Both the position numbers and the translations under genes were made by a program. This document shows, one piece after another, positions 11,471 to 25,500 of a DNA stretch of 64,000 nt (within the stretch, counting starts at the first letter, position 1; the number at the start of each line of letters is the position of its first letter). The stretch is taken from NCBI GenBank assembly GCA_046563655.1, contig CM102284.1, positions 248,001 through 312,000 on the forward strand. Reading direction: 5' to 3'. The notes beneath the pieces were generated by a model that was not told the origin of the DNA, made no database searches, and was given only the letters and a program-made list of their open reading frames with translations. The stretch is from Yuukianura sp. NJ FZ-2021. Lineage: Eukaryota.

Positions 11471-14400
11471 TTAGGGCCTGAACTGCTTGATACAGAGGAT
11501 CCATTGGTGATTGTGCGTTGCCTTTGCCGCTCGACTGACTCTGAATGCCGAAAACGGGAACTTTATGCTCACAATCAGCTTGTGATCGAAAGCGATGGTC
11601 GCGGAGACTGGAAACTGCAACGTCACAAATTTCAGCTCCCTCAACTGTGTCTTCTGTCGATCCAAACAACTTTGTTCACAACTTTACGTTCACAACCTCC
11701 ATTATTCTCCTCCTTCCAAAAAAGTTCTAAAAAGAAAACAGAAGGAAGAAAGTCTTAGTTTACAACAAACTTTTACGACCAGTCCATGAGAGCAACGCAC
11801 AGCGCCAAAAACTGACGTTTTAAAATTTTACCTACAAAAAGTTGCAAAATGGAAGGAAAGCGTAATTGAAAGTAGAGGACTAACAATCTTCCAAAAAGTC
11901 AACTTTCTTTTCTACTTTTGACTTTTTGCAATTTCGGAAGCACAAAAGTTGAGTTTTGTGGAAAAGTGAGTTTGATGTTAAGTTGGAAATGGGATTGGTT
12001 GGATTAGATTGAATTTGGTTGGCACAAAGGATAACTTTTGGCGGGGAGGAAGGTGGATTTTAATTTTGTTCTTGTTAACAGCGACTGCTGAGTGTCTCCG
12101 TCTGACCTGTCAAAGTGTCACTTGTCGCCTGTTGGAGAGTGACAGCGGAGGAGAAGGTGACTGCACGAGACCGTTTTCCAATTCACTTTCTTTACAAACC
12201 CCCTCATTCAAGGAACCTCTCAATCGGAAGGTTACCTCCAAAGTGTCGTCTCGCCAGCTTATCAAGGTGTTTTCATCCACTCAACACTCAACTACCGTGG
12301 GAAACACGCGGAACAGCAAAAAAACACAGCAAAAAACATCTAAAACCGCAAAGGAACTACAGCAAAGAAAATTCCGCACCAAAGAAACTTCAGCAAAAAA
12401 GAATTCAAAGCAAAAAAAAAGCACAGGAGAGAACTTCCAAACCAACAGAAAAACACAGCAAAGAACGTCCAACACAAAAGAGAAACAGCAAAGAACATCC
12501 AAAGCAAAAAGAAACTACTGCAAAGAAACTCAAGCAATGAAACTTCCGCGGAAAAAACCTCCAGGAAAAAAACATACCAATTTCCAAATCTAAAGCAAAA
12601 AAAAAGTATAGGAATAAGGAAACAAACAAAAAATCCATAACAAAAAAATTGGCAGCAAATAATCAAACGAGGGAATTTTGATTGACACAAAAGCAAAATG
12701 CGACAAAAAAAAACGAAAGGGATTAACTATTTTTACATTTTAACCACATCGAACTACTTTAAATGTTCTAATTTTGATTAGTTACTCCCTCCACGCACTG
12801 GAACTTTGAAAATCTTTTCTCCGTTGACTTTTTTTTGCCGCTTTGCTTGAACCAGACCAGTTTTCTTTGTTGATTTGGCTCGTTTTGATTGGAGGTTTTT
12901 GATTGGCTGTTGTGATTTTCACTTGAGGAGTTTTGATTGGCTGTCTGGAGTTAAGTTGTGACAGTGACCAAGACGAAGAGTGAGTTAATGAAAAGATAGC
13001 TAATGGGACTGGAGTTTGTTTGGATGATTTCCGGTGGCAGCACCTCGTGTCCCACGCTATGGTGGGGCCATGGTGGGGCCAGAGAAAGTGAGAGTGGATA
13101 ATCCAATAGAAAGTGATCGGAGGAGAATTGAATTTCATTTGGTTTCCAAGGGCTCTCTCCGCTCTGCTGCCACTCCGTCCAGGATTCCAGGAGACACGGC
13201 CATTATTGGATGAATTCTCTCTCCTTCAGTCCAAATCAAACTCCAGGCTACTCAACCGGAGAAAGGTCCAGAGCCTACGTCAACTCAAGGCTCAAGTACC
13301 CATGGGCCCTTGGTTCCTTAAGGTCAAAGGTCAACCGGCAGACGCAATATGACCAACTCTACTTACGAATTTAAAAAAAAAACTTTTCATTTTTAGCGAA
13401 CTTTCACCAAAAAAGAAAGTTTTCCGAAAATTCTACTTCTGACGACACCAAATTTTTAAATTAAAGAGAATTTTGAGTTTCGGGGGCGTAAACCTCGGAT
13501 TTTGGTTTTGGAAATTCCGCAAATTAGAAAAAACTGACACATTTTTGGGATTGTGTACTTTTGTTTCAGTATTAAGTTCTTGTTAGCCTGAAATTTAAAT
13601 TTTCCACTCATTCTGAATTTGAGTGTGTTGTAAATTGAGCAATTGGCACAGCACCAAATGTCTCCTCCATTGATCCGTCCATTGCTCCACTTTCTCCAGA
13701 ACAAGAAACTCCAACTGCACACAGCCTCTCATCGATGTCTCTCTTTACTCAGCAAACTCAAAGAAAAAGTTGAAATTGAGGAGCCCAGGAAGGACCAAGA
13801 ACCAAAAAGTGACGGAGAAAGCAAAAACTCAGGCAAAAGAGAAAGCAAAAACAAAGTTCTAGCCACTTTCCGCCCATTCCCAATCACTCTGCATTTCCAC
13901 TCGCTAGACAAAGTTTTTTAGTCGGTCTAAAAGCATACAACAACTACAACTTTTTTTAGGCTTTCACGTCAAGGTACACGGCATGATGGTAGAGTCGTTA
14001 GGTCGAGGAGAATTTTAGGCACGGAAACTTAAATTTTTTAAAAATTCAAAAATGTCACATCCTGAAACACAAAACAGAAAACAGTAAGAGCGTGTTGAAT
14101 GTTTAATCATCAGAGGCTCACAGGAAGCAAGCCTAGACTTGAAAACGAAATTTCGAGAATTTTTTTTTAAAGTTAAAAAACAACAGTTTTTTAATTTACA
14201 AAATGTCTCCAGTGTGTCCGGTTTGAAAAATTCAAGTAGTTCTTCTTGCATGGTAAAACAGAAAATTTCAAAAAATGTTTTTGACTTACCAGAAATTTAT
14301 CTGATTGGTTGACAGCGTAAAAGTAAAGTTTGCGAACAAATTTTGATCATGTGTGTATCTTCTTCAAACATATTAAAATGTTTGTTTTAAAACAAGGTTT

Positions 14401-15152
14401 TTTAAACATATTAGAAACATGTTGATGTTTGCTTTTGCTTTCTCCAAAAGTTTGTTAATGGGGTGGGACCATATCAATTTCTGAAGTCGTTTTGAGCCTA
14501 CAGGGAAAATAGACAGCAACTCCTGTATTGATCTCCTCAAAACTTTGCGTGGGAGCTCAAATTACGTTCGTCTCAAATTGGTTTTTACTTTACGAAAACA
14601 AACTCAAATTCAAAACTTCAAAATTTGTTACCTCCAAGCCTTTTTCAAAGTTTTTCTGCTCCAATTCCAATTTCTGGTTTCGAGAGGCAGAATTTGAGAC
14701 AAAATGAAAATAAAAGTGAAGGAAATTGTCAAAAGTGAAAACGGAATAGAGAAAGTGTGGGACAAAAATTGTGGAGAATTGGCCCGAAAGTTGGGAAACT
14801 GAAAGAATGAAATGTTTTTTTGTGATTTTAAGTTTTGGCGGTGTGTGAAAAGGTTTTGAATCCATTAGCTTAATTCTAGATCTGATGAAGTGGGGCCTTA
14901 AGGCTCTCCAGAAGTATCCTGGAACAATCATTTTTCATTCCTCCCTTCACTTGTTCTTGAAGAGAGCAATGGCCGCTCCTTCACTTGATCCCAACTTTCA
15001 CTTCATCTTTAACACTTTTCACAAGAAAGTTTGGGTGGGCGGCTGCCATATGGAGCAGGGTGAGGATCAGTGTCAAATTAAAAAGTCAGACTTCACGTTC
15101 CAATTACAAAACTTTCTCACCAACCCACTTTACCTAAGCTCCAAGCTAAAAT

Positions 15153-15437
15153 AGTTACTCCCTCCACTTTCTAGCTCCCCATGCAGTTACTCCTTCCGCT
15201 TTAGAACTAGCAATATAGTTACTCTCGTCACTTTTCTGCAAGCAATCTAGTTACTCCCGCCACTTTCTCATCGGCAGTATTTACACTCTAGACTTCTAAA
15301 ACTAGTTATAGTTACTCCCTCCACTTCTAAAACCAGTTATAGTTACTCCGTACACTTGCAAAAATGGATTAGTTACTCCCTCCGTCTTCCAGAGAGTCGC
15401 TTCAGTTTTCCATGCATTAATAGTTACTCCCGCCGCT
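15153..15437 (+). repeat. Array of 9 AGTTACTCC-core motifs, mostly at 30-32-bp period with variable linkers
   Basis: Copies at 15153, 15185, 15217, 15249, 15279 (degenerate), 15310, 15341, 15371, 15422. Confidence 0.85.
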
Positions 15438-17189
15438 AAAACCAGCGAAGAGGAAGAGAATAGCCTCAGGCTTTTTTTCGTTTCAACATCCTCAAAATAG
15501 CATTTTCTTGGGAAAGCAGCCGTTTGTAAGCGAATTAACACGTTTTATGCATTTTGTTTTTAGTGTTCATGCTTTCCTTTTGTGAAAATCAGAATACTCA
15601 AGACAAACAACTTTGTTTTTATTCGTTTTTTGAGTGTGGTGTGACCTGATGTTGTTTGAGATGACCGTGGCTCAGCTGAGTGTGGGATGATTGTGAGAGT
15701 GAAAGTAGTTTCCTGGCGCTCCTCCAGTCATAACTCCTATGTGTCCACCCAAAGTGGGAAGTTGATTTCCAGAGGCAGGAGTAAATAGAACTGCATTCCA
15801 ACTGGACAAAAGTCGTCCATACAAACAATGAAAACCAACTTTCACTTGCTCTCTCTTACGGAAATCCAACACAGTTAGGATGAGATCCACTCAACCAAAC
15901 ATGGACTCCAGCAGTCGCCACTCACGATTGACTTCTTCCCTCTTTTCTTGGTTCTTCTCAAGTGTTTGTTGGTTCCCAGGGTACAAGCACCCACTTTCAA
16001 ATCTTTTCCAATCTCAAAATTACACATTTTTTCAAATTTTCAAGATGTTGAGCTAAGTTCAACTTCCTTGTTTTCAAAAATTTTCATTTTTTTTGAAAGC
16101 GGTATTCTCCAATGTTTAATCAAAAAGTTGTTGCTTGACATTTTAAGAAACGGGAATTCTGAACTTCAAAAAGTCTTCAACCTCAACAGAAAACAGCAAC
16201 AGCAGGAAACTCATCAGCAGGAATCTCAACAACAGGGAACTCATCAACAGAAAAATCAGCAACAGCAAAATAGCAAAAAGTTATCTGCAACAAACAAAAA
16301 CAAAACACTGAACTTGGAGAAGTTCTACTGAAGATTTCAAGATTTTCAAAAATTCCTTCTTTTCTTCAACTTCCAAAAACCACGGCTTTTCCAGCTACAA
16401 AATTCCGCTTTTTTTATCCTTCCGTGGAATCTTTGCTGAGTTTTTCTCATTTTCAAAACTCCTTTGTGTTTTTTTTTATTTCGATCCATCCCGGGTGAGT
16501 TTTACAACTTGAAAAGAAACCGACTTTTGTTAATCCTGGAACTGCAGACTGCCCGCCTGTGCAACAAATTATGTTGTTTGGTGTATGTTGTAAAAGTAGA
16601 AATTTTAATTACGTGGAAGAGGATGTTGGAGGGCCTAAATGAAAGTTAATCCAGGTAGCACAGGAGGAACAAAAGAAATGAAGTTGAGTGGAAATCAGAA
16701 AAGTAAAAGTCTTGTCTTGTTATTAAAATCCCATTGGGAGGCATTCCTCCTCTCCTTTAATTTTTCCATCCTCCTCCTGTTTGGTTTGTGTGCTGGGATG
16801 CGGGAGAGGAGGCTTAATTTGGCCGTGGGGTTGTGCTGCCTCAAATTAGAGGCAGACAGGAGCGTCCGGGACACGCAAAATGTTCCTTGTGAGATTTAAT
16901 AATTTACAATTAATTCAATTGCGCCAAGACGTGCTCCAGGGTCCTCGGAGGCTCATCCGTCAAACGGACCAACCCACTCCACAGTCTCAGGCAACCTAAA
17001 GGCTACTCTGCTCAAGAAACCTTCAACACTGCACAAGAAAAACACTATGGCTTCACGGAATCCAAAAAACAGTATGGTTACATCACTGAACCAAAAAGAA
17101 AATAAAACACAAATGGCTCCACCGCTGAAAAGCACAAAACACTGGCTTCATTTCAGAAAAAGAAAGCACTATGATTCCGTCCCACATAA

Positions 17190-17540
17190 AAACTTAACGT
17201 CGCTGCACACAGAAAAAAAAAACTTAAGGCCGCTGCACACAAAAAAAATAACAAAACTAGAATTTAAGGTCGCTGCATACACCCAACACTTAAGGCCAGT
17301 ACACAAAGAAAAGATTTATACTCAAAATAAAACAGAAAAGTTAAGGCCGGTTCACACAAAAAAGACAAAAAAAAAAAAAGAATTTAAGGTCGTTTCACAC
17401 ATACAAATCTTAATTAAGCTCAGAACCAACAACAAAAAAACTTAAGGCTACTGCACACACACACACAAACTTAAGGCTGCTGCACACAAAAAAAAATCAA
17501 CTTAAGGCTACTTCCTACAAAAACTGGAAACCTTAAAGCT
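17190..17540. repeat. Degenerate tandem repeat with ACTTAAGGCYGCTGCACAC core
   Basis: About 9 imperfect copies separated by A-rich linkers; explains the Lys-rich ORF 17047-17445. Confidence 0.7.
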
Positions 17541-18078
17541 CTCTGCTTAGAAAGAGGAAGAGTGGAGAATGTTTCCGTCGCTCGATAGGACTTTTCGTCT
17601 CCTCGCCCATTTCGACCTCCATGCTGCGTCCTTTTGTGGTGGGAATAAAATATGGAATTTGTTCGTTTGTTAAGAGCTTTGACACGGCCGGAGAGAGCAA
17701 GAGAAGAGAGAGGGACGTGCCCGCATTTGAGGATGTGAAATGCCCGCCATGATTTATTCTTTTGTCTTGTCTCAAACGAACCACGGAAGAACCCACAGCA
17801 AAGGAGACCCAGAAGTCTAAGAATATTTAGCGGGAAATTGGATCCAACATAAACCGAATTTAGGTTCCTCATAAAAACTCTTTTCCCAAATTCACTTTTT
17901 CCAATTACCCCGCCCGCACAAAATTTACCACTTTCAACAAAAACCTCTTTTTCATTTTTGCAAAAAAAAAATGTCCTTTTCTCAGTTTTCGCAAAAAGAT
18001 AAAGAAATTCTTCTCTTTTCCTTCCCAGGAAAGCTTTTGTGTAGCTGTTTTTGCAAAAATTGTATTTCTGTTGCTACT

Positions 18079-18254
18079 TAAACGTTTTTTTGTCGTTTTT
18101 AGGCGTTTTTTTGTCGTTTCTTGGACGTTTTTCTGTCGTTTCTTGAACGTTTTTCTGTCGTTTCTTGAACGTTTTTCTGTCGTTTCTTGAACGTTTTTCT
18201 GTCGTTTCTTGAACGTTTTTCTGTCGTTTCTTGAACGTTTTTCTGTCGTTTCTT
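18079..18254. repeat. 22-bp minisatellite TTGAACGTTTTTCTGTCGTTTC
   Basis: Near-perfect units at 18121, 18143, 18165, 18187, 18209, 18231 plus degenerate flanking copies. Confidence 0.92.
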
Positions 18255-19507
18255 AGCTTTTCCCTTCTCTCTTGAGCGTTTTCTGACGTTTTTTAAAGCG
18301 TTTTTTCGCCTGTATGGTTGGTTTTTAATAAAACCTGCCGAGGTCAGAGGTCAAACTGAGTCGGGAGCTTTATTCTTGAAAGTAGAGAAACAAAGGAAGG
18401 AAAATGAGCCGCCGATTTGAGCTGACGGGTAATTCATCATGTTTTTTTCTTCCGCAAGAACGTAACACACTGGAGACGATTTCCATTCTTTCGCCATTTC
18501 ACTTTTTTTTTTCTCAAAACCCGGGTTTCTTGCAGAAAAAAATCAGAGCGTACAGTATGCTTTATCGCATTATCTTGATAAATGACAGACATCACCCGGG
18601 CTTTATTAATAACAAATATCTTTTTTAAACTTTCACAAAAAAAACTGAATTTGCATACTTTATCCATCAAACAATTGCGCCTTTCACCATAAAGATTTCA
18701 GCCTTTCGTGCTTTCTGTGAACGGGTTTCAAAATTTCATCCGCCAATCAATTTTTTTTAAACAAAAAAAAATCCAGCTTTTATCTTAAAAATTTCCGTGT
18801 TGATTTTAAAAAATTCCAAACCACGAAATTCTGTTCATCCCTTCAAAAAAAACCGCAAGTTTTCTTGCAATAAATGACGAAGTCAAGTGACCTTTGACCT
18901 TTGATTTTAAAAGTTGACCTCCGTTTGTAATCCTGTGTGTGCTTATTCAAATTTAATGGTTGTCTGAAAAAGTTGAGTTAAGATCTAGAGTTTCCATTTC
19001 GCGCCAAAAATTCTACTCCAGTTTTTATTCTGTGCATAAAGTTTCACATGTATAAGATTTTATCGTTTGGCCTCAAAGCGTTGTTCACCTCCGTTTTTAT
19101 GGAAAATCGGTTGGCAGGAAATGAAATTAGCCTCACAAATTTTTTGGCTCTTGTGTTTTGGCGCCGAAATTTGAAAGTCTACGATCCAATCAATACTCCT
19201 CACCTGCCGGGGCAATACAAATCCTCTACACAAATGAAATCTTACGAGAAAGAGCAGGAGAAAGCAGCTTTAGGACGTCAGAGAGAATTTTTATTAAGTT
19301 AATTACAAAAGGCTCTCACAACCTTACAAACAAAATGTTCACGACAATAGTAAAATGGTTACGACAATAGCAATAATTATTCCAGAAAACTTACTATTGT
19401 TTTAGGATTTTGAGATGATAGCTAATCCAACTTTCACTTTTTCCTGTCACAGATTTTACTTTCTCTTTTTTCTTATCACAGCTTTTGAGTCAAATTTTAT
19501 TCCAGTT

Positions 19508-19596
19508 TGACCTTTGACCTTATAAGAGGTCAATGACCTCATGAAAAGTCACGGTCACGAATTTGACCTCCGGAGAGGTCAAAGTAACGAGGTCAA
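19508..19596. promoter_or_regulatory. Cluster of nuclear-receptor half-sites: DR1 (19508-19520) and perfect IR1 AGGTCAATGACCT (19527-19539)
   Basis: Exact consensus matches plus further AGGTCA/TGACCT half-sites up to the neuroligin stop; function untested. Confidence 0.4.
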
Positions 19597-22500
19597 CTAC
19601 ACTTTGAGTTCATCCGTGGTTGTTCCTGGCGGAGTGTAGTTTGAGCTCTTTTTCAGAGACGGTTTGAGTGTTTGAGTGGCGGACTGCTGTTGAGAGGGAG
19701 ATTTGAAATTTGGTGGGGCAAAATTTGGCGGGGCGTCTCCACCACAGACGGAGGCTGACGTGGACGAGTCATCTCCATTGACACCTTCACTGCAACTGAA
19801 CTTGACACTGGGCGTGGCTCTTTTCGGGGGGCGGGGCATCGTCCTTGAACTGGGCTCATGCACACAGGGCTCTCCGTAGTTGGTCAACTGGTCCTTGAAA
19901 GTGAGACTTGACCTCCTGATGCCTCTAAGGGTCCCTCCTTGAGAATATTCTGTGTAGGGGGACCCTTGGACGAACCCCCCACCCCCTTGGTCATGAGATG
20001 GGGGGTGGTGGGTGTAACTTTGTTGTTGCTGCTGATGGTGGTGGATGTTCATCATGGCTGCAGCTAGGATGGCATCGGGCATGGTCATTTCGTAAGCACT
20101 GGTCTGTTGAAGGGCCTTGGATCGTTTAAGGGTCCCCCTGGGCAGTAACTGTGCATGACTTCCATAGTTAGAGTCGTGACCTCCAGTATTGAGGTGGGGA
20201 TTTTCGAGATGTTGTGGGTGGTGGTCCCCGGGGGGTTCGGTGGAGAAATCCCCACAAATGTTGGGCATTTGCTCGTGAAACCCGCCGATTTGCCCGTTTT
20301 CTTTGCGGAGAGGGAGGTTCCCTTGCTGTTGCTGCTGGAATTGACCCATCGTTGACCTTGATGGTCCATCGTACTGCATTCCTGAAGGTGAACCTGCACA
20401 TTTTTCAACATTTTACAACATTTTACAACATTTTGCAACATTTTGTAACATTTTCAAGTTTCAAAATTTCGAAAAAGTTCAAAAATAAGAAGGAAGTGAA
20501 AGTGAAAGTTTTGGGGTTACCATCGCTGTAGGGCATTGCTTCACTCCTGCGTTTATCTCTGCGATAATAGCAGGCTGCGAAGATAAGGATATTGAGGATA
20601 AGGAGTGAACAGCCAATGGCTATCGTGGCGGAGAGTGCGGTAGAGTACAGCTGATAGCCATCTTCCTGTCCATTGGCTCCCAAGTGGGTCACTGACCCCG
20701 TAGCTCCGCCCTCGTAACTCAAATTCCCTAAACAAAACGTTAGGTATTGTAACATGTTCTAGAAATGCCAAAAATATTTACTAAAAACCACGGAAATATT
20801 TAAATACATACAATTTTTACTTAAAATGCGCCAAATATTTATGAACTATTAAGGCTTTGGGTAAATAAATAAATAAATATTTAGTAACGACGAAATATTG
20901 ATTTTGTTAACAATACAGGCATTTGAACTAAACATTTTTGGCATGTAAATGTAATATTATTTAATTTTTAAGTACGTAAACTTGTTCTACCTGGAAAGTA
21001 GCTCTGTTTTCCCTTGACCTTGTGTTCCCAAATGGCAGGCCCCACCAGTTGGATGGTGGGGGGTGGTGGGGTTGCGGAAACGTTTGGCCCCACCTCACTT
21101 TCCACCCCCACGTTATTGTGACCTCCTGACAATAAACCGTATCCATTCTTTATCAAGTCTGGCACAAGGTGGAGCCAAAACGACAGTTTGTGTGCTCGAT
21201 AATGCGTCCGCGTGCGTGGTTTCATGTCTAAAACAAAAAAATGGTTTAAGGTCAAAGGTCAAGTTCAGAGGTCCATGACCTTTGTGATCTCTTACCAATC
21301 GTCAGATACTTTTTGTACATGGGGTCATAGTTGGGCCACTCCAGAACTTTGGCCTTGGAAAATCCGCTCTTGTCACCTCCAAGTCGAGAAACTCCACTTG
21401 ACCCTTCGGAGTCCAAGTTGACCTCGTTCGGATTTCTGTTTTTAAAAAAGTTGCCGCAATTTTTCCTTTTTGCTCACGAAGTTGCCGCAATTTTTCTTTT
21501 TTAAACTTCAATAGTTTTACCCAGTTTTGATAAAATTTGTCCAGAGTTGCATGACTGTTTGAGACAATTGTACTTCCGTGCGTGTGAAATTTCCATGGAA
21601 GAAGCCCAAGGTCATCTCGGGGTCACCGTCTGGATGTGGAAATTGGTCCATTGAGTCTTGAGATGAAAGTGGAGAATTCATCTCACTTCCGTAGAAAAAA
21701 AGTGGAACACCAAAGACATAGTGCAGATCTTCTCCATGGACGCAACCGAGGCGCTAAAAACAAAAATTTCAAACAGTTTTTCTATTTTTAGTGTCTATTT
21801 TTTCTCATTTGTGTCTAAAATTTCTGCCTCAATTTTTGCAATCTTTGCAATTTTTGTGTCTCAAGAATTTTTTTGTGATTAAAATTTTTTGATTATTTTT
21901 TTGTTGTATCTAAGCAGCCTGAAGTTCAAAGAAATCCAAGCGAAGCTTTTGCTTTTCTTCACTTTGACTTTTCCTTTGACATTTTGTAATTTCAAAATGA
22001 AAATTTTGAATGAATTTTTTTTTTCAAAATTTGGTTGACTTTTACCTGAGCGTAGTCACTGGCTTTGGACTGGTACTCGAAGACGTAGAAAAAAGATTTT
22101 TGATTGGCGTAGGAGTGAAAGTCGCCTGTTTTGACGAGAGGAGCAACCACCTATAGTTAGCAAAGAGTTAATTTAGGAAAAAGTTGATTTAGGAAAAATT
22201 AAGTTAGGAAAAGTTTGAGTTTAGTTTTAGTGGGAGTTACAAAGGTAAACGTTGATTAGAGGCTGAAGAGTGAAAGGTAAGAAGTTGCTCACTTCATTAG
22301 TTACATTAGAGAGCGTGTGTAATTACACTTTCACAGACTCACACGCCATCTCAACCCACTTCCTAATTACGAATACACGCAACTATTCGAATCCGGGCAT
22401 TCCAAACTACCCGAATTCGGGCATTTCCACCCGAGCACTCGCAACTTCCTGTCTAAAAACTTCTACGGCTTCTGAGAATTGATTTTGAGTAAACAGAAAC

Positions 22501-25500
22501 AACTCAGGCGGAAAACAAACTTCAAACGAACTCTAATACTTAGCATAACAAGTTAGTTGTGATAACTATTTAAATTAACTTATTTATGATAAATATAAAA
22601 TTATTAATTTAATAGAATTAAATATTTAATTAAAATGATCTCACCTGAGCATCTCCCAGAGCATCCAAAGTTTCATCTCTGACGCTGATTGGATGCTGAA
22701 CCGGTCGCTCCCATTCCGTGTACTCATGAATTGCCGCTGCAAGAATTTCGTTACGATGGACGCTACATAACCACAAAAAAAATTTTATTTTTGGTTGAAT
22801 TTTGTTGAATTTTGAGTTTGAAAAAAAACTTCAACTCTCATTTTTGTTTCATTTTTGAAAGTTTGGAATTCTTTTGAATTTGTTTCTGTCGAAGGAAATC
22901 CAGCGAGTGGGATATTTTTTTCTTTTTCTTCTGAAAGCCTCTTTTCTCACTTTTCGTAAATTGATGCGAAAATTTTTTGGGGCGTTGGAATTACTTTTTG
23001 AAAATCTTATAGAAGTTGAAACTGAATTTACCTAAAGTGTTTTTCTATAAATCCTTTCAAAATTTCGCGTCTCCGTTCCGTTTCAATTCCAAAGACGGCG
23101 TCATGGTCACTCATGGCTGCCAGCATCTCTACTTTGGTCACTCCGAAGAGAAGCGGATAGTGGGCCAGTCGATCTCTGAGTTGAGCCTCCTTCATGCCCT
23201 CTTCTATCGTCACTCCGTCGTCACTTGGACCAAAAAGTTGCCACAACTGAAAAAAAAAGTTGCCACAACTCAAAAAAAGTGCCTTTTCGTTTGAAAAATT
23301 TGTTTGCTCGAATGTGATTGGCCAATTTGTCAATTTGAGGTCTGTGATTGGCTCTTACTGGAGACTCCAGAAAGTCGTCGAGTGGCGTCTGTCTCAAGCA
23401 GCTCAGCATTTCTGACGGAGGTTCGCTGGGGCACTTGACGGAGGCCCCAAATCGCTTTGCAGCGTCTTTGCCACTGGAGCCTCCAGAAGTTGTTCCAGCG
23501 GCGGCTGGAGAAAGGGCGGAGCCAGATGCCAAAATGACGCGCTGGAACAGAAGACCTACAAACACACATAAATCAAATTGGTTTAAGGGCCCCTGTTTCA
23601 ACTCTAATGTGTAAGGGCTCCTGTTTAAGGGCCTGTTATCCATAAAAACTTTTGCAAACATCGTTTCCAGTGCAATAAAGTTGGTGGGCTAAGAGGTCCT
23701 TAAGTACACATGACGAGAAACTAAATTTTAAATATTGGGCTCTGAATTCCGACTTTCCAGCCATTAGCCACGTAATGAAAACATGGACTTTCCTCCCACA
23801 AAATACAGAACACACGTGTGTGTAATTTATACACAAAACACGTCCTACTTTACACGCAAAACACGTACTATTTAGCACACAGACTTTATACACCGATACT
23901 CCATAACCAAACATAAGAATCAATTTCACCGAAATCCGCCGGAAACTGTTTCTCATTTTCAAATATTTAAAAATTCAATTCACTTCGAATTTTAGTAACC
24001 TTAAGCGCTGTTTTTTCTGAAGCAGAAAGACAGTTTAAGAGTTTAAGAGATGTTTTTTTATTGCAATTGTTAATGAGAATTTCGAGATCAAACTTAAGAC
24101 AATAAGGTGTTTGTTTATTGTTCTAAAATTTACATTTTAAAAATTGAAACGAACGTCAAAGTCATAGGTTAAACTCAATTGTATAAAATGTAAATAAATG
24201 CAAAATATTATAAACTAAAAGGTAAAATGTAAAAATTGAGGAAATGAGAGAAAGGAGAAATTGTTGGATAAGGTTTACTTAGCACAGCAAGTGGTGGAAG
24301 TCGGGGCACAATGAGATTGTGTAGTGAAAGGACAACTTGGTTTGAAAGACAAACTGACTTGAGTGTGGCTGTCGTGTGACATGTCAATCGATGGTTGAAT
24401 TGTGTTATGAAGAAAGTGGAGTCAAGTGGAAGGTGGAAGTGTTTTTAGTGGCCTGAGGCAAGACTGCTTCCGCAGACGGCACAACCAACTTAAATTTCAA
24501 ATTCGATTTTGACTTAAATTGGAGAGAAGATGAAGGAAAGCCTGGGGGGAAAATTCTCTCTTTTAGCTTTCTCCCTTCTACATGTGTAAACATTTCCACT
24601 CTACTTTCTCCATATTCCTTACTCCAAAACAACCATCTCAAACATCACACAGTCTTCACAATTTATACTTTTTCCACCGAAAAGTCTCCCGCGAGGAGAG
24701 TTTCATCGCGGAAACTTCTCCTAGCACAAAATCTCCTCGCACCTACCTAAAAGCCCGGGAAAATCTCCTTGCACCTGCCAAAAAAATCGGTTTGTTAAAA
24801 CTTTCTTGCGAAAAAATCTACTCCCGACAACTATAATCCTAAACAAATTTCATCGGCTGCAACTCTTCTCTCAAAAAATTTGTTCGCGACGTGACAACTA
24901 TCCCTCGCGTCTAGTTTTGAGCCTTGTTCTCCCGGGTATTTTGAAATTCTTGGCGGGTAGCATGTTACCCGCCTTTTTCCCGTCGCATAATGGGTCTCAT
25001 TTGAGAGGTGAGGAGCGTCTGGGCCATAAATAATTTTTGAGTTTGGGAAGTGGTTCCATTAGTTTTTGCCTCCCTTTGACAGTTCTTAATTTTGAGATAT
25101 TACGCCTCTTACGCGCCCAAGGAGCGACTTTCTTAAAAACGACAAAGACCCACCGGATATCTTCCTATTCATTACAAAAAGAGGAAAAAAACCGCCAAAA
25201 ACTTTCTCCGACTTTCTCCCGGGTCGATATCCGTCCAGTTCCCCTCGTTAATCCCATTGCTCAAAGTGCATTAATGGCACAGAACAATCCTCCACATTTC
25301 TCCCGGGCTTTCTCTTCAGCCTAATTCCAAATTCTAGGAATTTCCAACAAGGGGGGACTTGGACAGAGGGGGGCCCTTTGTTTTGAGCTGACAGGGGTGG
25401 GGACATTGTCATCCTGCCAACGACCAACCAATTGAATTCAATTCAACTGTATGAATTATTCTCAAACTTCTTTCATAATGAACTCGACTTTGAAAAAACG

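Noticed and set aside
12009-12696. Overlapping Lys/Gln-rich and Phe/Leu-rich ORFs
   Set aside because: Low-complexity A/C-rich tract open in several frames on both strands; no domain or splice support
15153-15437. CRISPR-like repeat/spacer appearance
   Set aside because: Eukaryotic context, no cas genes, repeats short and imperfect, linkers only about 15 nt and two are near-identical
17047-17445. 132-aa Lys-rich ORF
   Set aside because: Product of the degenerate ACTTAAGG tandem repeat
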